Numbered from the whole stretch's first letter, positions 26,169-38,392 are shown. The stretch is DNA of 63,280 bases, filler included, from Octopus bimaculoides (GCF_001194135.2; 7 parts of 7 records of this genome joined end to end with filler, not necessarily neighbours in it), one strand, 5' to 3'. A program made the numbers and translations. The notes: generated by a model from the sequence alone, not told the origin.

Positions 26169-27269
26169 TATTCCATATTTTACATTTGGTATTGGTGACT
26201 TTGATTCCGATATATGATAGCAATATCTTTAGATTTCTTGTTATATTTTGATGACTTTATCTGACGAGATCATTTTTATAAACCTAAAGCTCGTTCGTTT
26301 TCCGACATTATTCCAGTTTTATGTACGAGTGTGTATGTGCGTGTGTGTGTACGTGCTTGTGTGTGTGCGTGCGTGTGTATGTGCATGTATGTGTGTACGT
26401 GTGTGTGTGTGTGTGTACGTGCTTGTGTGTGTGTATGTGTGTGCGTGCGTGTGTATGTGTATGCATGTGTGTACGTGTGTGTGTGTTTGTGTGTCTGTAT
26501 ATGTGTACGCACGTGCTTGTGTGTGTGCATGCGTTTGTATGTGTGTGCGTGTTTGTGTGTGTGTTTGTGTCACTATGTTTGTGTGTGTGTGTGAGTGTAT
26601 GCCGCGTGCGTGTGTGTTCGTCAACCAAATCAGAGCATACCATTTCTAGGTAAAAATGTAACTTTTTAAACTGAACTCAGTCGTGACTGTTTTATTTAAT
26701 TATATTTAATTAACTTACGTCAATTACTTCTCGTTCCTAATTCCTGTCATTTCCACTTAAGATTCTCTTGAGAAGCACTGCAATGAAACCACAATTTCCC
26801 GACCAGTCATATCATGTCATTTCAATTGATAGAAGTCTTGTCTTTCAGTTTTCCCCTTCGCAATGTTCATATCTAAAGTAAAAAAAAATATCAACCAGAT
26901 TTCTGAAATCCACGTAATTAAACATGAAACGTTTTCTTTCGCTCAATCAAATTTTGTCACAATTTTCAAAACTAATTTTGCTTAAAAAAATATTTAACTT
27001 AAACGAAACTCTATAACATCTTCCTTGAATGATCAGCACCAAGCAGTGTTTCGAAATAAACGAATCTTAGATTAATTAAAATATGTTTGTGACATTTTAA
27101 CTTCTAAAGTCAAATTCACCGCAGTTACTGTGGAGGAAAAAAAAAATCTCTCTTATGGTAAAAGGCATCTCTTCTGGTGCTTCTAAACCTTAAATCACAA
27201 GAAGGAATTTTTTTCGTCCACGGTAACTGCAGTGTATTTGATTTTAGAAGTTAATACATGTCAAAGGAT

Positions 27270-27490
27270 ATAATGGATGGAAAATTGGGCACAAGGTCAG
27301 AAATTTAGGAGGAAGGATTAAGCCGATTAAATCGACGCCAGTGTTCAAATGGTACTTATTTCAGCGACCCCGAAAGGATGCAAGGCCAAGATGACCTCGG
27401 TGGAATTTGAACTCGGAATTTAAAGACGAACGAAATGCTGCTGGGCATTTTGCCCGGCGTGCTAATGATACTACCAGCTCACCGCCTAAC
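27270..27490 (-). mobile_element. Family A SINE
   Basis: Reverse complement of the 4300-4516 consensus (cgaccccgaaaggatgcaaggc...ggaatttgaactc). Confidence 0.8.
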
Positions 27491-28165
27491 TCAAACGAAA
27501 TAATTGAAATGCTTCAAAACGGAATTATTTTTTACAGACAATTGTGTATTTACCTTGGAGAGTCATAGACTTACAGAGTAGGTGTAGAGGCCGACTGAAT
27601 TTCTTGTAGTGGCTACTCACGACCATTTTAATATTCTAAGTTCAAATCCTATCCAATATGAGTTCACCTTTCATTCTCTACTCATTAAAAAATAACAGCT
27701 CATTTGTGGTCCCGTGCCTATGTAAGAAACAAATGTTGTTTTTAGCCAAATAAGTTCTCGTCTTTTGTTGGATTCTGGGTGGGTCATTATGCCAACAGTA
27801 AGCACACGCACTGGTTCTATTTCACTTCTTTTTGTGCATGTGTTTATTATTGACATAATGACCCTACCGAGATATTAAAAAAACTGTTTCAACACAAGAC
27901 TTCACATCAAGAATCTTGCAAACCAAATACAAAAAAACGAAATACTTTTCTATCATTATTTCTGACTCTCAGTTCTTCCGCTCGCAGACTCTCCAAAACA
28001 AAACAATAAAACTTTACTCTTTCAAAAAAAAATCAATCAAACCATAAAATTCAAAACATGATTCTCTTCTTTTTTTTTGTTTTACATTAAAATCTATTCA
28101 GTCTTTTACGGTCGTATATGCTGCGTTTATTTCGTTTCTATCTCTGTTCTCTTTCTTCTTTGCAG

Positions 28166-28401
28166 GAACACCAGTGTGGGAGTTCTTGAAATGGGTGGTG
28201 GTTCCACTCAAATCGTTTTCGTTCCTAAAACGCCTATCTATGCCAACAAGTTTATCACCCATATTGGTTCCACTTACTACCATACCTACGCACACAGTTA
28301 TCTAAATTTTGGACAAGCTTATCTAATCGAACGAGTCCAAGATCATCTTCTCCAGCAAAGCGGTACAAATGACAGTGTCTTAGACCCGTGTCGCCTAAGG
28401 G
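28166..28401 (+). CDS. E-NTPDase/apyrase (GDA1/CD39 family) internal exon containing ACR4
   Basis: Acceptor ttctttgcag|, phase 2. Encodes NTSVGVLEMGGGSTQIVF...YAHSYLNFGQ...DPCRLRG (ACR4 (D/E)xGGxSTQ, HSYLxFG, DPC). Donor G|gttcgt is phase 1 and matches the next exon. Confidence 0.9.
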
Positions 28402-28489
28402 GTTCGTAATTTATTCTTTTGATACTTGCAAAGCTTTGCATTGTATTGCTATTGTTACTGTTGTAAACGCAGTGGTTGTTATTGGTATT

Positions 28490-28680
28490 ATTGCTGCTGG
28501 TACAAAATGGTTGGCGGATTTACGTTCTGAGTTCGAATTGCGCGAAAGTTGATTTTGCCTTTCATCCTTTTGGGGNNNNNNNNNNNNNNNNNNNNNNNNN
28601 NNNNNNNNNNNNNNNNNNNNNNNNNNCACCCCCAACCCCAAAATTTCAGGCCTTGTTGCCTGTAATAGAAAGAAATATTG
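28490..28680 (+). mobile_element. Family A SINE across a small gap
   Basis: ttctgagttcgaatt...gcctttcatccttttgggg...aaatttcaggccttgttgcctgtaatagaaagaaatatt. Confidence 0.7.
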
Positions 28681-28699
28681 CTGTTAGTGTTGTGGTTGG

Positions 28700-28940
28700 T
28701 TCCAGAGATGGATGGATGGATGGATGGATGGATGGATGGATGGATGGATGGATGGATGGATGGATGGATGGATGGATGGATCTCTAAACAGTTTCCGTCC
28801 ACCACATTCACTCAAATGGCATGGGTTAGCCCAGGGATAACGGGGATATAGCAGAAGACACTTGCCTAAGGCACTGTACAGTGGGATTGAACCGGAAACC
28901 ACGTGGTTGCGAAGTGAAATTCTTAACCACACAGCCATGC
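28700..28940 (-). mobile_element. Family B SINE head with (GGAT)n
   Basis: cagtttccgtccacc...gaagacacttgcctaaggcact...gggattgaaccggaaaccacgtggttg...accacacagcc. Confidence 0.75.
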
Positions 28941-29018
28941 CTGTGGCTATAATGTAGAAGATACTGTACTGTATTATTAGATAGTTATATTACTGCGTTG
29001 TTTAACCCTAGGACAGCG

Positions 29019-29415
29019 CTCAATTCCACAGATTTGCTTGTCAGTTGTTTGACCTTAACCAGTTGAGCATGTCTCTTGGTGGCTGACGATATGTGTATCT
29101 CTGATCACGACCAGAAGTAGTGGGGGAGCATCATAGTCATGTGTTGAGAGGAATTCTTTGGGGTTTGAATAATTCACTTTTGAAAACATGGATGTTTTGC
29201 TCAACATCCTTAAACAAACCTTATTCAGGGACCTTTTGAGCGGGATGGGCTACTCGACCTGTTTATCTTGATATGAGATCACCATGTCGCATACATATGG
29301 TTGTGATGCATGTGCCTGGTGCACCCTTATCAGACGGGTAGTCATGATGGGTATACTGGGCTTCGTATATTTGTACCCCAATGTCACTTTGATAGCATGC
29401 ACTGCTCTCTCACTC
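29019..29415 (+). mobile_element. Element X copy (5'-truncated, internally deleted), ending in (AAT)n
   Basis: Matches the reverse complement of 17767-18190. Confidence 0.8.
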
Positions 29416-29468
<53 letters not shown>

Positions 29469-29489
29469 TAATAATAATAATAATAATAA

Positions 29490-29695
29490 TAACAACAACA
29501 ACATCGAAAAATATGTTAGGAATGAGAACCCAGGTTCGAAACTTCCCCAAGACACCTGATGAAAGCTGGAGGGTTCATCGGCCGAAACGTTGTGTTAACA
29601 ACAAACAAGAAGATGAGGACAAATATTCGTCAAATGTAAATAATGTAAATAATGTATATAATTCTTCATCTCTTAAATATAGAACTATACAGGAA
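29490..29695 (+). mobile_element. Family H tail (headless), including the hammerhead motif
   Basis: aacatcgaaaaata...gacacCTGATGAaagctg..cggccGAAAcgttgtgtt...ttaaatatagaac. Confidence 0.85.
29551..29596 (+). ncRNA. Minimal type I hammerhead ribozyme motif (family H copy; first stem II pair mutated)
   Basis: Stem I GACAC/GUGUU, core CUGAUGA plus extra A, stem II, GAAA, palindromic AACGUU stem III, predicted cleavage after GUU. Confidence 0.65.
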
Positions 29696-30000
29696 TGTCT
29701 GCAATGAGGAATGGCATTGTTTTGTGATGAAGGGTGGAAGTTTCAATTCTATTTCATAAATCGTTCCATGTTGATCTGAAAGTTGTTTGACATTTAAGCT
29801 GACAAGCAACCATTTTCATTCGATTTTTTAACAGATGACTTGTGATGATGGAATAGTACTACGTTATCCTCTTGGTTTTATCGAGTCATTTGATAATTAA
29901 GTTGACGACCACGACGCGTGTGGGTGAGTGAGTGTGCGTGTGTGCGTGTAATCATATCTAGTCATATCTATTCTATGTATTTGTTTTCGGAACCACACAG

Positions 30001-30293
30001 GTGACAACGCAACAGTCAGCGACGAAAACGGCCGATCTGTAATAATGATCGGAAACGGAAACGCAGAAAGCTGCCGGGAAATTCTAGAAGATTTCTTGAA
30101 CAAACAGCCGCCGTCCGATTGCAGTCCGAAACCGTGTAGTATAGGTACCACTTATCAATCTCCGCTTGGTGATACCATATTCTACGCCGTTTCTGCCTTT
30201 GTTTATCCAACCAATCAAATCAATTCCACAGATGCCGACGAACGTCTTAACATGGATCTGATGATTAAAAATACGAAAACCTATTGTGAAATG
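30001..30293 (+). CDS. E-NTPDase internal exon
   Basis: Acceptor ccacacag|, phase 1 (G|GT). Encodes DNATVSDENGRSVIMIGNGNAESCREILEDFL...DCSPKPCSIGTTYQSPL..FYAVSAFVY...KTYCEM (GxG...C, CSxxxxYQP, FYAxSxF, C). Donor ATG|gtaagt, phase 0. Confidence 0.92.
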
Positions 30294-31599
30294 GTAAGTA
30301 ATTTTTGTGTAAGGGCGAGGCGCGGAATTGCTGCTTTGATTTTCTGAGGTGCTCTTTCAAGATTTTCTTCATATTAATCGTGGAGCGGGGTGGCTACACT
30401 GATGGAGATGTTAATGGTGGTGTGGTGGTGGAGATGGTGATTGTCGTGGTGGTTGTTATAAAGAGCGGGTGACTGAAGAAATTATAAGAATGTCGTATCG
30501 GCTTCTTTGCTGTGAGTGTTCCGGTTCTTTACCTTTTGAGCTCAAATCCCATCATGGCCTATTTGGGTAGTATGTTTGATCATAATTACATGTCTTAATT
30601 TTCTACCAAACATGTTTGATCAAATTTACTTAAATTGGTACGTCCCTATTATACTAAAAGATTAGTATAAACCATTATATTCGAGGGACGGGTGTAATAG
30701 CTGATCGGTGGACTCTTAGGATAGCTATCCCTATCACGTGAAGAAAAATACCAGTAAAAATTTACCGGAAAGGGTACGGGATTTGATGGCAAATATGTAA
30801 AACATTAAATTTTTGGAGAAAAAGTACTTTCACAGAAAGAAGAAGGAAACAGTCACCTAATTTCTTCCCCTTTTCCTTCTTCATGAAGAACAGATAGTCC
30901 TGGGGTCGATTTGTTCGACTAAAGGCGGTGCTCCAGCATGGCCACAGTCAAATGACTGAAACAAGTAAAAGAATAAAAGAATATAAAAAAAAAACGATAT
31001 TGCTAAAATAATCGGTGCATGGCAGAAGTACAAACAACTTAAGCCACACAAATCTTGACAGCAAGATCTTGTAAGAACTTCTAAAGATCATATAAACCCC
31101 AGTTGAGAACCATTGCGCTGGATAATGTTTGACTAGGCACGTGCCGTGAGTAATTATTCAGGGTAGGCAGTTGGTGACGTTTATGTAGTAAAACACTCCA
31201 AAAATAAGCGAAACACATATGAGCAACTGAGTTGGAGGCAGATTTACTTCTGCCTTTATAACGCGTAAAGAAAACGTTGTTGTAGGAATGTACGCAGCAC
31301 AAGTACTACAGCATTACTATGCGTAGCTTTAATACTGAGATTGAAAAGCAGGGCCGAATTATGCCTACCTAATCTTGAAAAAGATAAAATATTTTGCATT
31401 TTATGCATAATAATGAGAGTAACCTTCATAATTTTAATGAATTAGGTGCATATTTTGCCATAAAAGAAAATGTTGCTATCGATCTATTTCTATTCACTGC
31501 CGATCTTACCTACCCAGGCGGCACGTCCCTGTGGTTTGACCATATTTACATATTTGTTTACCTCTTTGTCTTTATTATTTTATCTCTTTGTCGTTGCAG

Positions 31600-31762
31600 A
31601 CGATAGATGAGGCTGTTGAAGTGACTGGTGCTACACCCAAATATGCCTCGAACAACTGTATCAGCGGAGTGTTCATACCATTACTTCTGAAGAACGCTTA
31701 CGGCTTTCCCCAAAACACAACCTCAATTTATATGAAGAAAACAATCAACAATAAATCACCAG
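31600..31762 (+). CDS. E-NTPDase internal exon preceding ACR5
   Basis: Acceptor tcgttgcag|, phase 0. Encodes TIDEAVEVTGATPKYASNNCISGVFIPLLLKNAYGFPQNTTSIYMKKTINNKSPG (Y..xC....Y/F...LL...YGF pattern). Putative donor G|gtcaca is weak. Confidence 0.8.
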
Positions 31763-32742
31763 GTCACATCGAATGTTTATTTCTAATTTTATTATTCCCT
31801 CTACTTTTTTTTTGTTTTATTTAGCTTTCTTTTCTTTTTATCTCTCACCATTTCTCTCCCCCTCTCTCTCTCTCCGTCTCTTCCTCTCTTTCTGTCTGTC
31901 TATCTCTCCCCCCCTCTCTCTTTATATATATATNNNNNNNNNNNNNNNNNNNNNNNNNNNNNNNNNNNNNNNNNNNNNNNNNNNNNNNNNNNNNNNNNNN
32001 NNNNNNNNNNNNNNNNNNNNNNNNNNNNNNNNNNNNNNNNNNNNNNNNNNNNNNNNNNNNNNNNNNNNNNNNNNNNNNNNNNNNNNNNNNNNNNNNNNNN
32101 NNNNNNNNNNNNNNNNNNNNNNNNNNNNNNNNNNNNNNNNNNNNNNNNNNNNNNNNNNNNNNNNNNNNNNNNNNNNNNNNNNNNNNNNNNNNNNNNNNNN
32201 NNNNNNNNNNNNNNNNNNNNNNNNNNNNNNNNNNNNNNNNNNNNNNNNNNNNNNNNNNNNNNNNNNNNNNNNNNNNNNNNNNNNNNNNNNNNNNNNNNNN
32301 NNNNNNNNNNNNNNNNNNNNNNNNNNNNNNNNNNNNNNNNNNNNNNNNNNNNNNNNNNNNNNNNNNNNNNNNNNNNNNNNNNNNNNNNNNNNNNNNNNNN
32401 NNNNNNNNNNNNNNNNNNNNNNNNNNNNNNNNNNNNNNNNNNNNNNNNNNNNNNNNNNNNNNNNNNNNNNNNNNNNNNNNNNNNNNNNNNNNNNNNNNNN
32501 NNNNNNNNNNNNNNNNNNNNNNNNNNNNNNNNNNNNNNNNNNNNNNNNNNNNNNNNNNNNNNNNNNNNNNNNNNNNNNNNNNNNNNNNNNNNNNNNNNNN
32601 NNNNNNNNNNCATCTCTATTTCTTGTGTCCTCTCTTATGATAAATAAAAAAAAATTCTTTGGTATTTAACCATGGCTTCGTTCTTTCTCTTTTCTTTTGG
32701 AAAACATTTAATAGAATCGTCGCATCATGTTTCCTTTCTCAA

Positions 32743-32779
<37 letters not shown>

Positions 32780-32780
<1 letters not shown>

Positions 32781-33180
32781 CTTTTTACTTGTTTCAGTCA
32801 CTAGACTGCGGCCATGCTGGGGCACGGCCTTGAATAATTTTTAGTCGAATCAATCGATCCCAGTGTTTTTTTTTTTTTGCTTTGTTTTGTTTTGTTTTTT
32901 GAAGTCTGATGTTTATTCTCTCGGTGACTTTTGCCGAACCGCTAGTTTACGTGGATGTAAACATACGAACACCGGTTGTCAAGCGGTGGTAGTGGACCCC
33001 CACAAAACCATCACCATATACACATTATATGACGGTCTTTTTCAGTTTCCGTCCACAAAATTCACTCACAAGGCACGGGTCGGCCTGGAGCTATAGTTGA
33101 AGACATCCGAGGTGCCAAGCAGTGGGACGGAACCTAAATCCATTCAGTTGCAAAGTGAACGTCTTAACCATGCGCCTATG
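32780..33180 (-). mobile_element. Family B SINE
   Basis: cttgtttcagtcactagactgcggccatgctgg...ttttcagtttccgtccac...gggacggaacc. Confidence 0.8.
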
Positions 33181-33334
33181 CCTGCCTCTCCACATAGAAG
33201 TTTATAAATGAAGCTTATAAATGAAATTAATTGTTATTGGGTGAGAAACAAAGTGCGTTCTTATCTGGCTCCGGCCACAATCGACAATTGAACGGTTGAG
33301 ATAATACATGGGAGATAATTCAATGTCAGAATAA

Positions 33335-33660
33335 CAGTAAGTAAACTTTGTGATAAAGAGTTGTTTCCCTTGCGCTGCAGTCGTAATGTTCTTATCCTGT
33401 GAAAAAAATAGTTACGGAAATATAAGACAATATCTGTGTGTGAGTGTGAGAGCGCGCAAAATTGGTTATGTGTGCTGCCAGTCGTACACTGTCCGGTACA
33501 GTCAATTTCTTGCTCGGGTCGACGGGGATAAAACCAGCTGCCCCTCTTGCCTGAAGAGGTGGATTGCTTGAGACTCGCCAGGACAAATAAGACCAGCTTA
33601 TGATGGACGGTTATCTAGCAATATGCAAGGATTCCGAACTTCCGGGTTAGTGTCTGACAT
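33335..33660. mobile_element. Probable additional SINE-like repeat (degenerate)
   Basis: Contains the SINE-core-like ggtcgacggggataaaaccagctg. No second clear copy in the window. Confidence 0.35.
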
Positions 33661-34007
33661 CCCGTTAGGGCACAAATCGTGAAACGCCATTTCGGTTTTG
33701 TTTAAACATTCTCAGGAGAAGGCAATTTGGGGTCCACAACTACGTCAGCAATATGACGAGATGAGGATCCTGGCCTTGGTTACCTTGGAAGACAATTAAG
33801 CACAACATGCCAAATATAGCTATATTTGGCACGTTGTGCTTACGCCACGTCGCTGTTTTTATCGTATGTTCCACTGGTATTTTTTATTTTTAATGGAACG
33901 GCGTGTTTTTGTTTCCATTGTTTCCTGAAGCTGTGGTGAAGGTGGAGGGCGAAATACCGGTAAGTATTTCACCCGACGTGCTAACGATTCTGCCAGCTCG
34001 TCGCCTT

Positions 34008-34038
<31 letters not shown>

Positions 34039-34047
34039 ATAATGATA

Positions 34048-34092
<45 letters not shown>

Positions 34093-34674
34093 ANNNNNNN
34101 NNNATAATTAATAATGATGATAATTTCTCGACGCAGTAATGAAAATTAACAGGAAAATCGAAAATTTGCATTCTTGAATTCTTTCATTTTTTTTTTATTT
34201 TTTTTCATTCTTTCGTGTGTAATTTAAATTTTTTTTTATTTTTGTTTTTATTCAGAAATCAACAAAACATAAAATAACAAGGAAACAAAAAAAAAGAAGA
34301 AAAACGAAACAAATAAAACGAAAGTTTGGAGATCAGTTTATCAGCCCGTAGCTATCTTTGTCATCGTAGTCGTCATCGTCGTGTGGTCATTAATCATCAT
34401 AATCGTCATTATCATCATCGCAATAGTCTTCTTTAGAACTACTACCAACGGCACTGCCTTCGCCACCACCACTTCCACCAACCCTAACCATCTTCAGCCT
34501 TTTCGCTTCTGACGTCATCGTTATCTGCTTTCACCTTCACTGTCGTTGTTGTCATCGTCATCGATTTTGTTGCTCTTGTTATTGTTGTGGTAACTGTTGT
34601 GTATTTGTTGTTGCTGCTGTTGTTGTTATTGTTGTTGCTGTTGATGATGTTGCTGGTGTTGCTGTGAGCCTGAC

Positions 34675-34836
34675 TCAAATGAAACTGGCACATTCTCTGC
34701 AAACGCATTGTATGGGTTCTTTGATGGAAATGGTTGGGTACAAGCCGTGAAGGTAAGTCCCTGTCACAGACTCGTAACATTCATCCAAGACAATTTTGCG
34801 TGACACGAGTTTCTTTTCCCGACAACAATTACATTT
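34675..34836 (-). CDS. pburs: Bursicon beta (partner of bursicon)-like cystine-knot hormone, coding exon 2
   Basis: Acceptor catttctctttgcag|, phase 0. Encodes KCNCCREKKLVSRKIVLDECYESVTGTYLHGLYPTISIKEPIQCVCRECASFI*, matching the bursicon-beta pattern CxCCRE...LxxCY...EPxxCxCxxC. Confidence 0.88.
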   Translation of the reverse strand, partial: KCNCCREKKLVSRKIVLDECYESVTGTYLHGLYPTISIKEPIQCVCRECASFI

Positions 34837-35334
34837 CTGCAAAGAGAAATGAAAAGCAATTACAATGTAAAAAAGTTGCCAATGTGGAAATAGAAATATG
34901 GATTTCGTTGTAAGACGAGAGCCGAGATTATTGAGAGTTAGCTGCACGAAGTCGACGTGAAAGCATAGAGAATATTTATGGTGTTTATAAGCAGAGATGG
35001 GATTTAATTCAGAGTTAGCAGACGAGAAGTTGGTGTCTAAAGCAAAGTAATTGTTCCATGTCGAAAGAGAGCTGTTACTCTTCTGCTTTCTATCCACGAG
35101 CTAATTAAAACTCTCGTTTCTCTTCTTGGGCAGCGAACTGCCTCTAGTATTTATGCAGTCCAGCCCTGGTTGGATGGGGTGTGCCATAGCACAACTGTGC
35201 TTATGACAACGGCAACAAAAATAGCTTTCCTGACTCGCTACAATGACATTAGTTCTACATGGCGTCAGTCGAGACAAAAACGATTATCTTTAAGAGGAGA
35301 AAAGAAATCATTTTTTCATACATTTACATTACAG

Positions 35335-35660
35335 CTTGGTTCAGTTGCTAGAGCGTCGGGTTCACAATCATGAGGTAGTGAGTTCAATCCCCGGACTGGG
35401 CTGTGTGTTGTGTTCTTGAGCAAGACACTTTATTTTACGTTGACCCAGTCCATTCAGCTGGCAAAAATGAGTTGTCCCTGTATTTCAATGGTTCAGCTTT
35501 TTCATATTCTGTGTTATGCTGAATCTCCCTGAGAACTACGTTAAGAATTACATGTGTCTACGGAGTGCTCAGCCACTTGCATACTAATTTCACGAGCAGG
35601 CTGTTCCGTCGATTGGGTCGACTGGAAACCTTGTGGTCGTAACCGACGGAGAGTGTCAGT
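35335..35660 (+). mobile_element. tRNA-derived SINE, family C (in bursicon intron)
   Basis: A-box-like agcttggttcagttgctagagc, B-box-like gagttcaatccc, core ttcttgagcaagacactt...cagctggcaaaaatgag. Confidence 0.75.
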
Positions 35661-35744
35661 GAATTCTTTGTTACTGTCCTGAAAATATTTACTGTCAAAT
35701 TTTGTTCACCGTTCTAACAACTCTGTCAGCTGGCCAATAAATAA

Positions 35745-36335
35745 TAATTCTTTCAACTAAACGCACAAGATCTGAAATTTGGAGGGAGGGGACTAGTCGA
35801 TTACATCGACCCCAGTACGTAACTGGTACTTAATTTATCGACCTCGAAAGGATGAAAGGCAAAGTCGACCTCGGAGGAATTTGAACTCAGAACGTAGCGG
35901 CAGATGAAGCGCCGCTATGCATTTCGTCCGGCGTGGTAACGATTCTGTCAGCTATAATAGTTCTATCTACTACAGGCACAATGGCACGATTTGGTGGTGG
36001 GCGTGGGTGGAGGTAAATCGATAACATTGATCCCCTGCGCTCAGCTGGAATTTTATATCATCGATCTCGAAGGAACGAAAAGCAAAGTCGACCTCAGCAG
36101 GATTTTTTTCCTTCTGTCCGACGTGATAACGAGTCTGCCGGCTCACTAGTGATATTACTAACTTTTTCTACTCCAAGCACAATGCCAGCAATATTTTTGA
36201 GGCTGGTGGGTGGGTAAGTCGATTATAGCGACTTTCTCAGCTGACACTCTATATCGAACCCGAAGGATTTGAACTCAGGATTTGAACTCAGAACGTAAAG
36301 GTCTGGAAGAAACGCCTCTAAAGCATTTTGTCCGA
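35745..36335 (-). mobile_element. Three tandem family A SINEs
   Basis: Three successive copies of ...cgacc.cgaaagga.gaaa.gcaaagtcgacctc.gc.ggatttgaactcagaacgt. Confidence 0.75.
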
Positions 36336-36339
36336 ATAC

Positions 36340-36700
36340 TCTTTTACTAGTTTCAGTCATTTGACTGCGGCCATGCTGGAGCACCGCCTTTAGTCGAACA
36401 AATCGACCCTGGGACTTCATCTTTGTAAGCCTAGTACTTATTCAATCGCGATCTTATCGAAGCGCTAAGTTGCGGGGACATAAACACACCAACATCGGTT
36501 GTCAAGCGATGGTGGGGGGACAAACAAAGACACACAAGTACACACACACATATACTACGGGCTTCTTTCAGTTTCCGTCTACTAAATCCACTCACAAGGC
36601 TTTGGTCGGCCCGAGGCTATACTAAAAGACATTTGCCCAGGACTGAACCCGTAACCATGTGGTTGTGAAGCAAGCTTCTTACCACACAGCCATTCCTGCT
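36340..36700 (-). mobile_element. Family B SINE, near full length
   Basis: Tail and head both present, with a short internal (CA)n. Confidence 0.88.
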
Positions 36701-36899
36701 AACGATTCTACTATCTCGCAGCCAATTCTGATAAATTACAAGAACTAAAATATGATGAGTTTTTCGTGTTGGGAAATATATTACACAATGCCGATTTGGG
36801 TTTTGTCTCATCCATCATCAGTCTGCGTTAGATTAAAATAGAAAACAAAACATCTCTTCGCGCGTTTTTTTTCCTTATTACTATATTAAATCCTTATAT

Positions 36900-37460
36900 A
36901 AATTTATCATCGCTTGTCGCGGGGATTTGGTTAAACAAACCCCCAACAATGTGAAACTGCAATAAATGTATCAGTTATAAATGAATTATCTCCGCGCTTT
37001 TTGTAAATAAAACGAATGGTAGATTTATTAACACCAAACTCGTGGCACACAGCAATGAAGCTTTCACCCTCGCGTATTTTCTTGTTCATCTCTACCTTTA
37101 CCTGTAAAGAATACAATCGTTTCCGTCGTTTGTTAGGATCGGGTGCCATCTTATTTTTTCTTGTTCACTGGTCCTACGTCGAATTGATACGAATACGTAA
37201 ATCCGTAACCCTCCCCCCAAATACACAGCTTCGCAGCATGGTAATATAAAAACTAGCGATAGTCAGAGCATTTTAGGTGATCGAGTATTGCAGGTGGTAA
37301 CTGGAGGGCGTTTCTGCGGTACAAGCAAAAATCTTCGACCGATTGCCGACCTGTGTTATCACAGATCAATCCGTGATAAGCGTAACATGGCTCATAATTG
37401 AACGTACCGTGTTATCCCGGATCCGTGATGAATTAATCAGTGATAAACGAGGATACATGC
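36900..37460 (-). mobile_element. Tigger/pogo-like internally deleted DNA transposon (psq/CENP-B-type HTH)
   Basis: ORF 36931-37149 MAPDPNKRRKRLYSLQVKVEMNKKIREGESFIAVCHEFGVNKSTIRFIYKK. Right end has cagtgataaacgagga and ttatc...gataa subterminal palindromes. Confidence 0.7.
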
Positions 37461-37685
37461 ATAAATCATATGATTAACTCTGAAGAAGGAGGAAATTATG
37501 AATAATGAGTGTCTCAAATTATTTATGTTAATTTATCCAATGTTGATGTCACACGGACTTCCCTTAAGGCCCCACTAAACATATTAAAACTGCGCAATGT
37601 TACTCTTGTTGAGCAACCAAAAGAATTTCACGATTTCGCTTTTTCGAGTTTTTAAAACTGATTTCGTTTCGTTGAATGTGTGATC

Positions 37686-37849
37686 TTGCGCAGGAGTGGC
37701 TGTGTGGTAAGTAGCTTGTTTGCTGACCACATGGTTCTGGGTTCAGTCCCACTGCGTGGCATCTCGGGCAAGTGTCTTCTGCTATAGCCTTGGGCCGACC
37801 AAAGCTTTGTGAGTGGATTTGGCAGACGGAGACTGAAAGAAGCCCGTCG

Positions 37850-37899
<50 letters not shown>

Positions 37900-38150
37900 C
37901 GCGTTTGTGTGCGTGTGTGTGTGTATGTGTGTGTGTTTGTATGTTTGTGTTTGTCTCCTCCAACATCGCTTGACAACCGATGCTGGTGTGTTTACGTCTC
38001 CGTAACTTAGCAGTTCGGCAAAAATACCGATAAAATAAGTACCAGGCATAGAAAAAATAAGACTTGGGGTCGATTTGCTCTACTAAAGGCGCTGCTCCAG
38101 CATGGCCGCAGTCAAATGACTGAAACAAATAAAAGAATAAAAGAATATTT
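37686..38150 (+). mobile_element. Family B SINE, full length, with internal (TG)n
   Basis: Head gcgcaggagtggctgtgtggtaagtagcttg...ggttcagtccc through tail aaatgactgaaacaaataaaagaataaaagaat. Confidence 0.92.
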
Positions 38151-38392
38151 ATTTATTAAATAAGTGAGTGAATGAGTGAGGGAGGGAGGAAGAGGGAGGG
38201 AGGGAGGGAAGAAGTCAGTGATTGAGTGAGGGCAGTATGTGTGCATTGCTTAGTTTACGTCCTCATAATCTAGCGGTTCGGCAAAAGTGACCGATAGAAT
38301 AAGTATCAAACTTTCAAATAAGATTTGTTCGACTAAAACCCGTCAAGGCAATGCATCAATATGGCCGCCGAAACAAGTATAAATATACGTAC

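Noticed and set aside
31763-31824. Read-through hydrophobic C-terminus GHIECLFLILLFPLLFFCFI* as the NTPDase end
   Set aside because: It would omit the conserved ACR5 (W-x-LG), and the sequence is T-rich and intron-like. Not fully excluded without transcripts.
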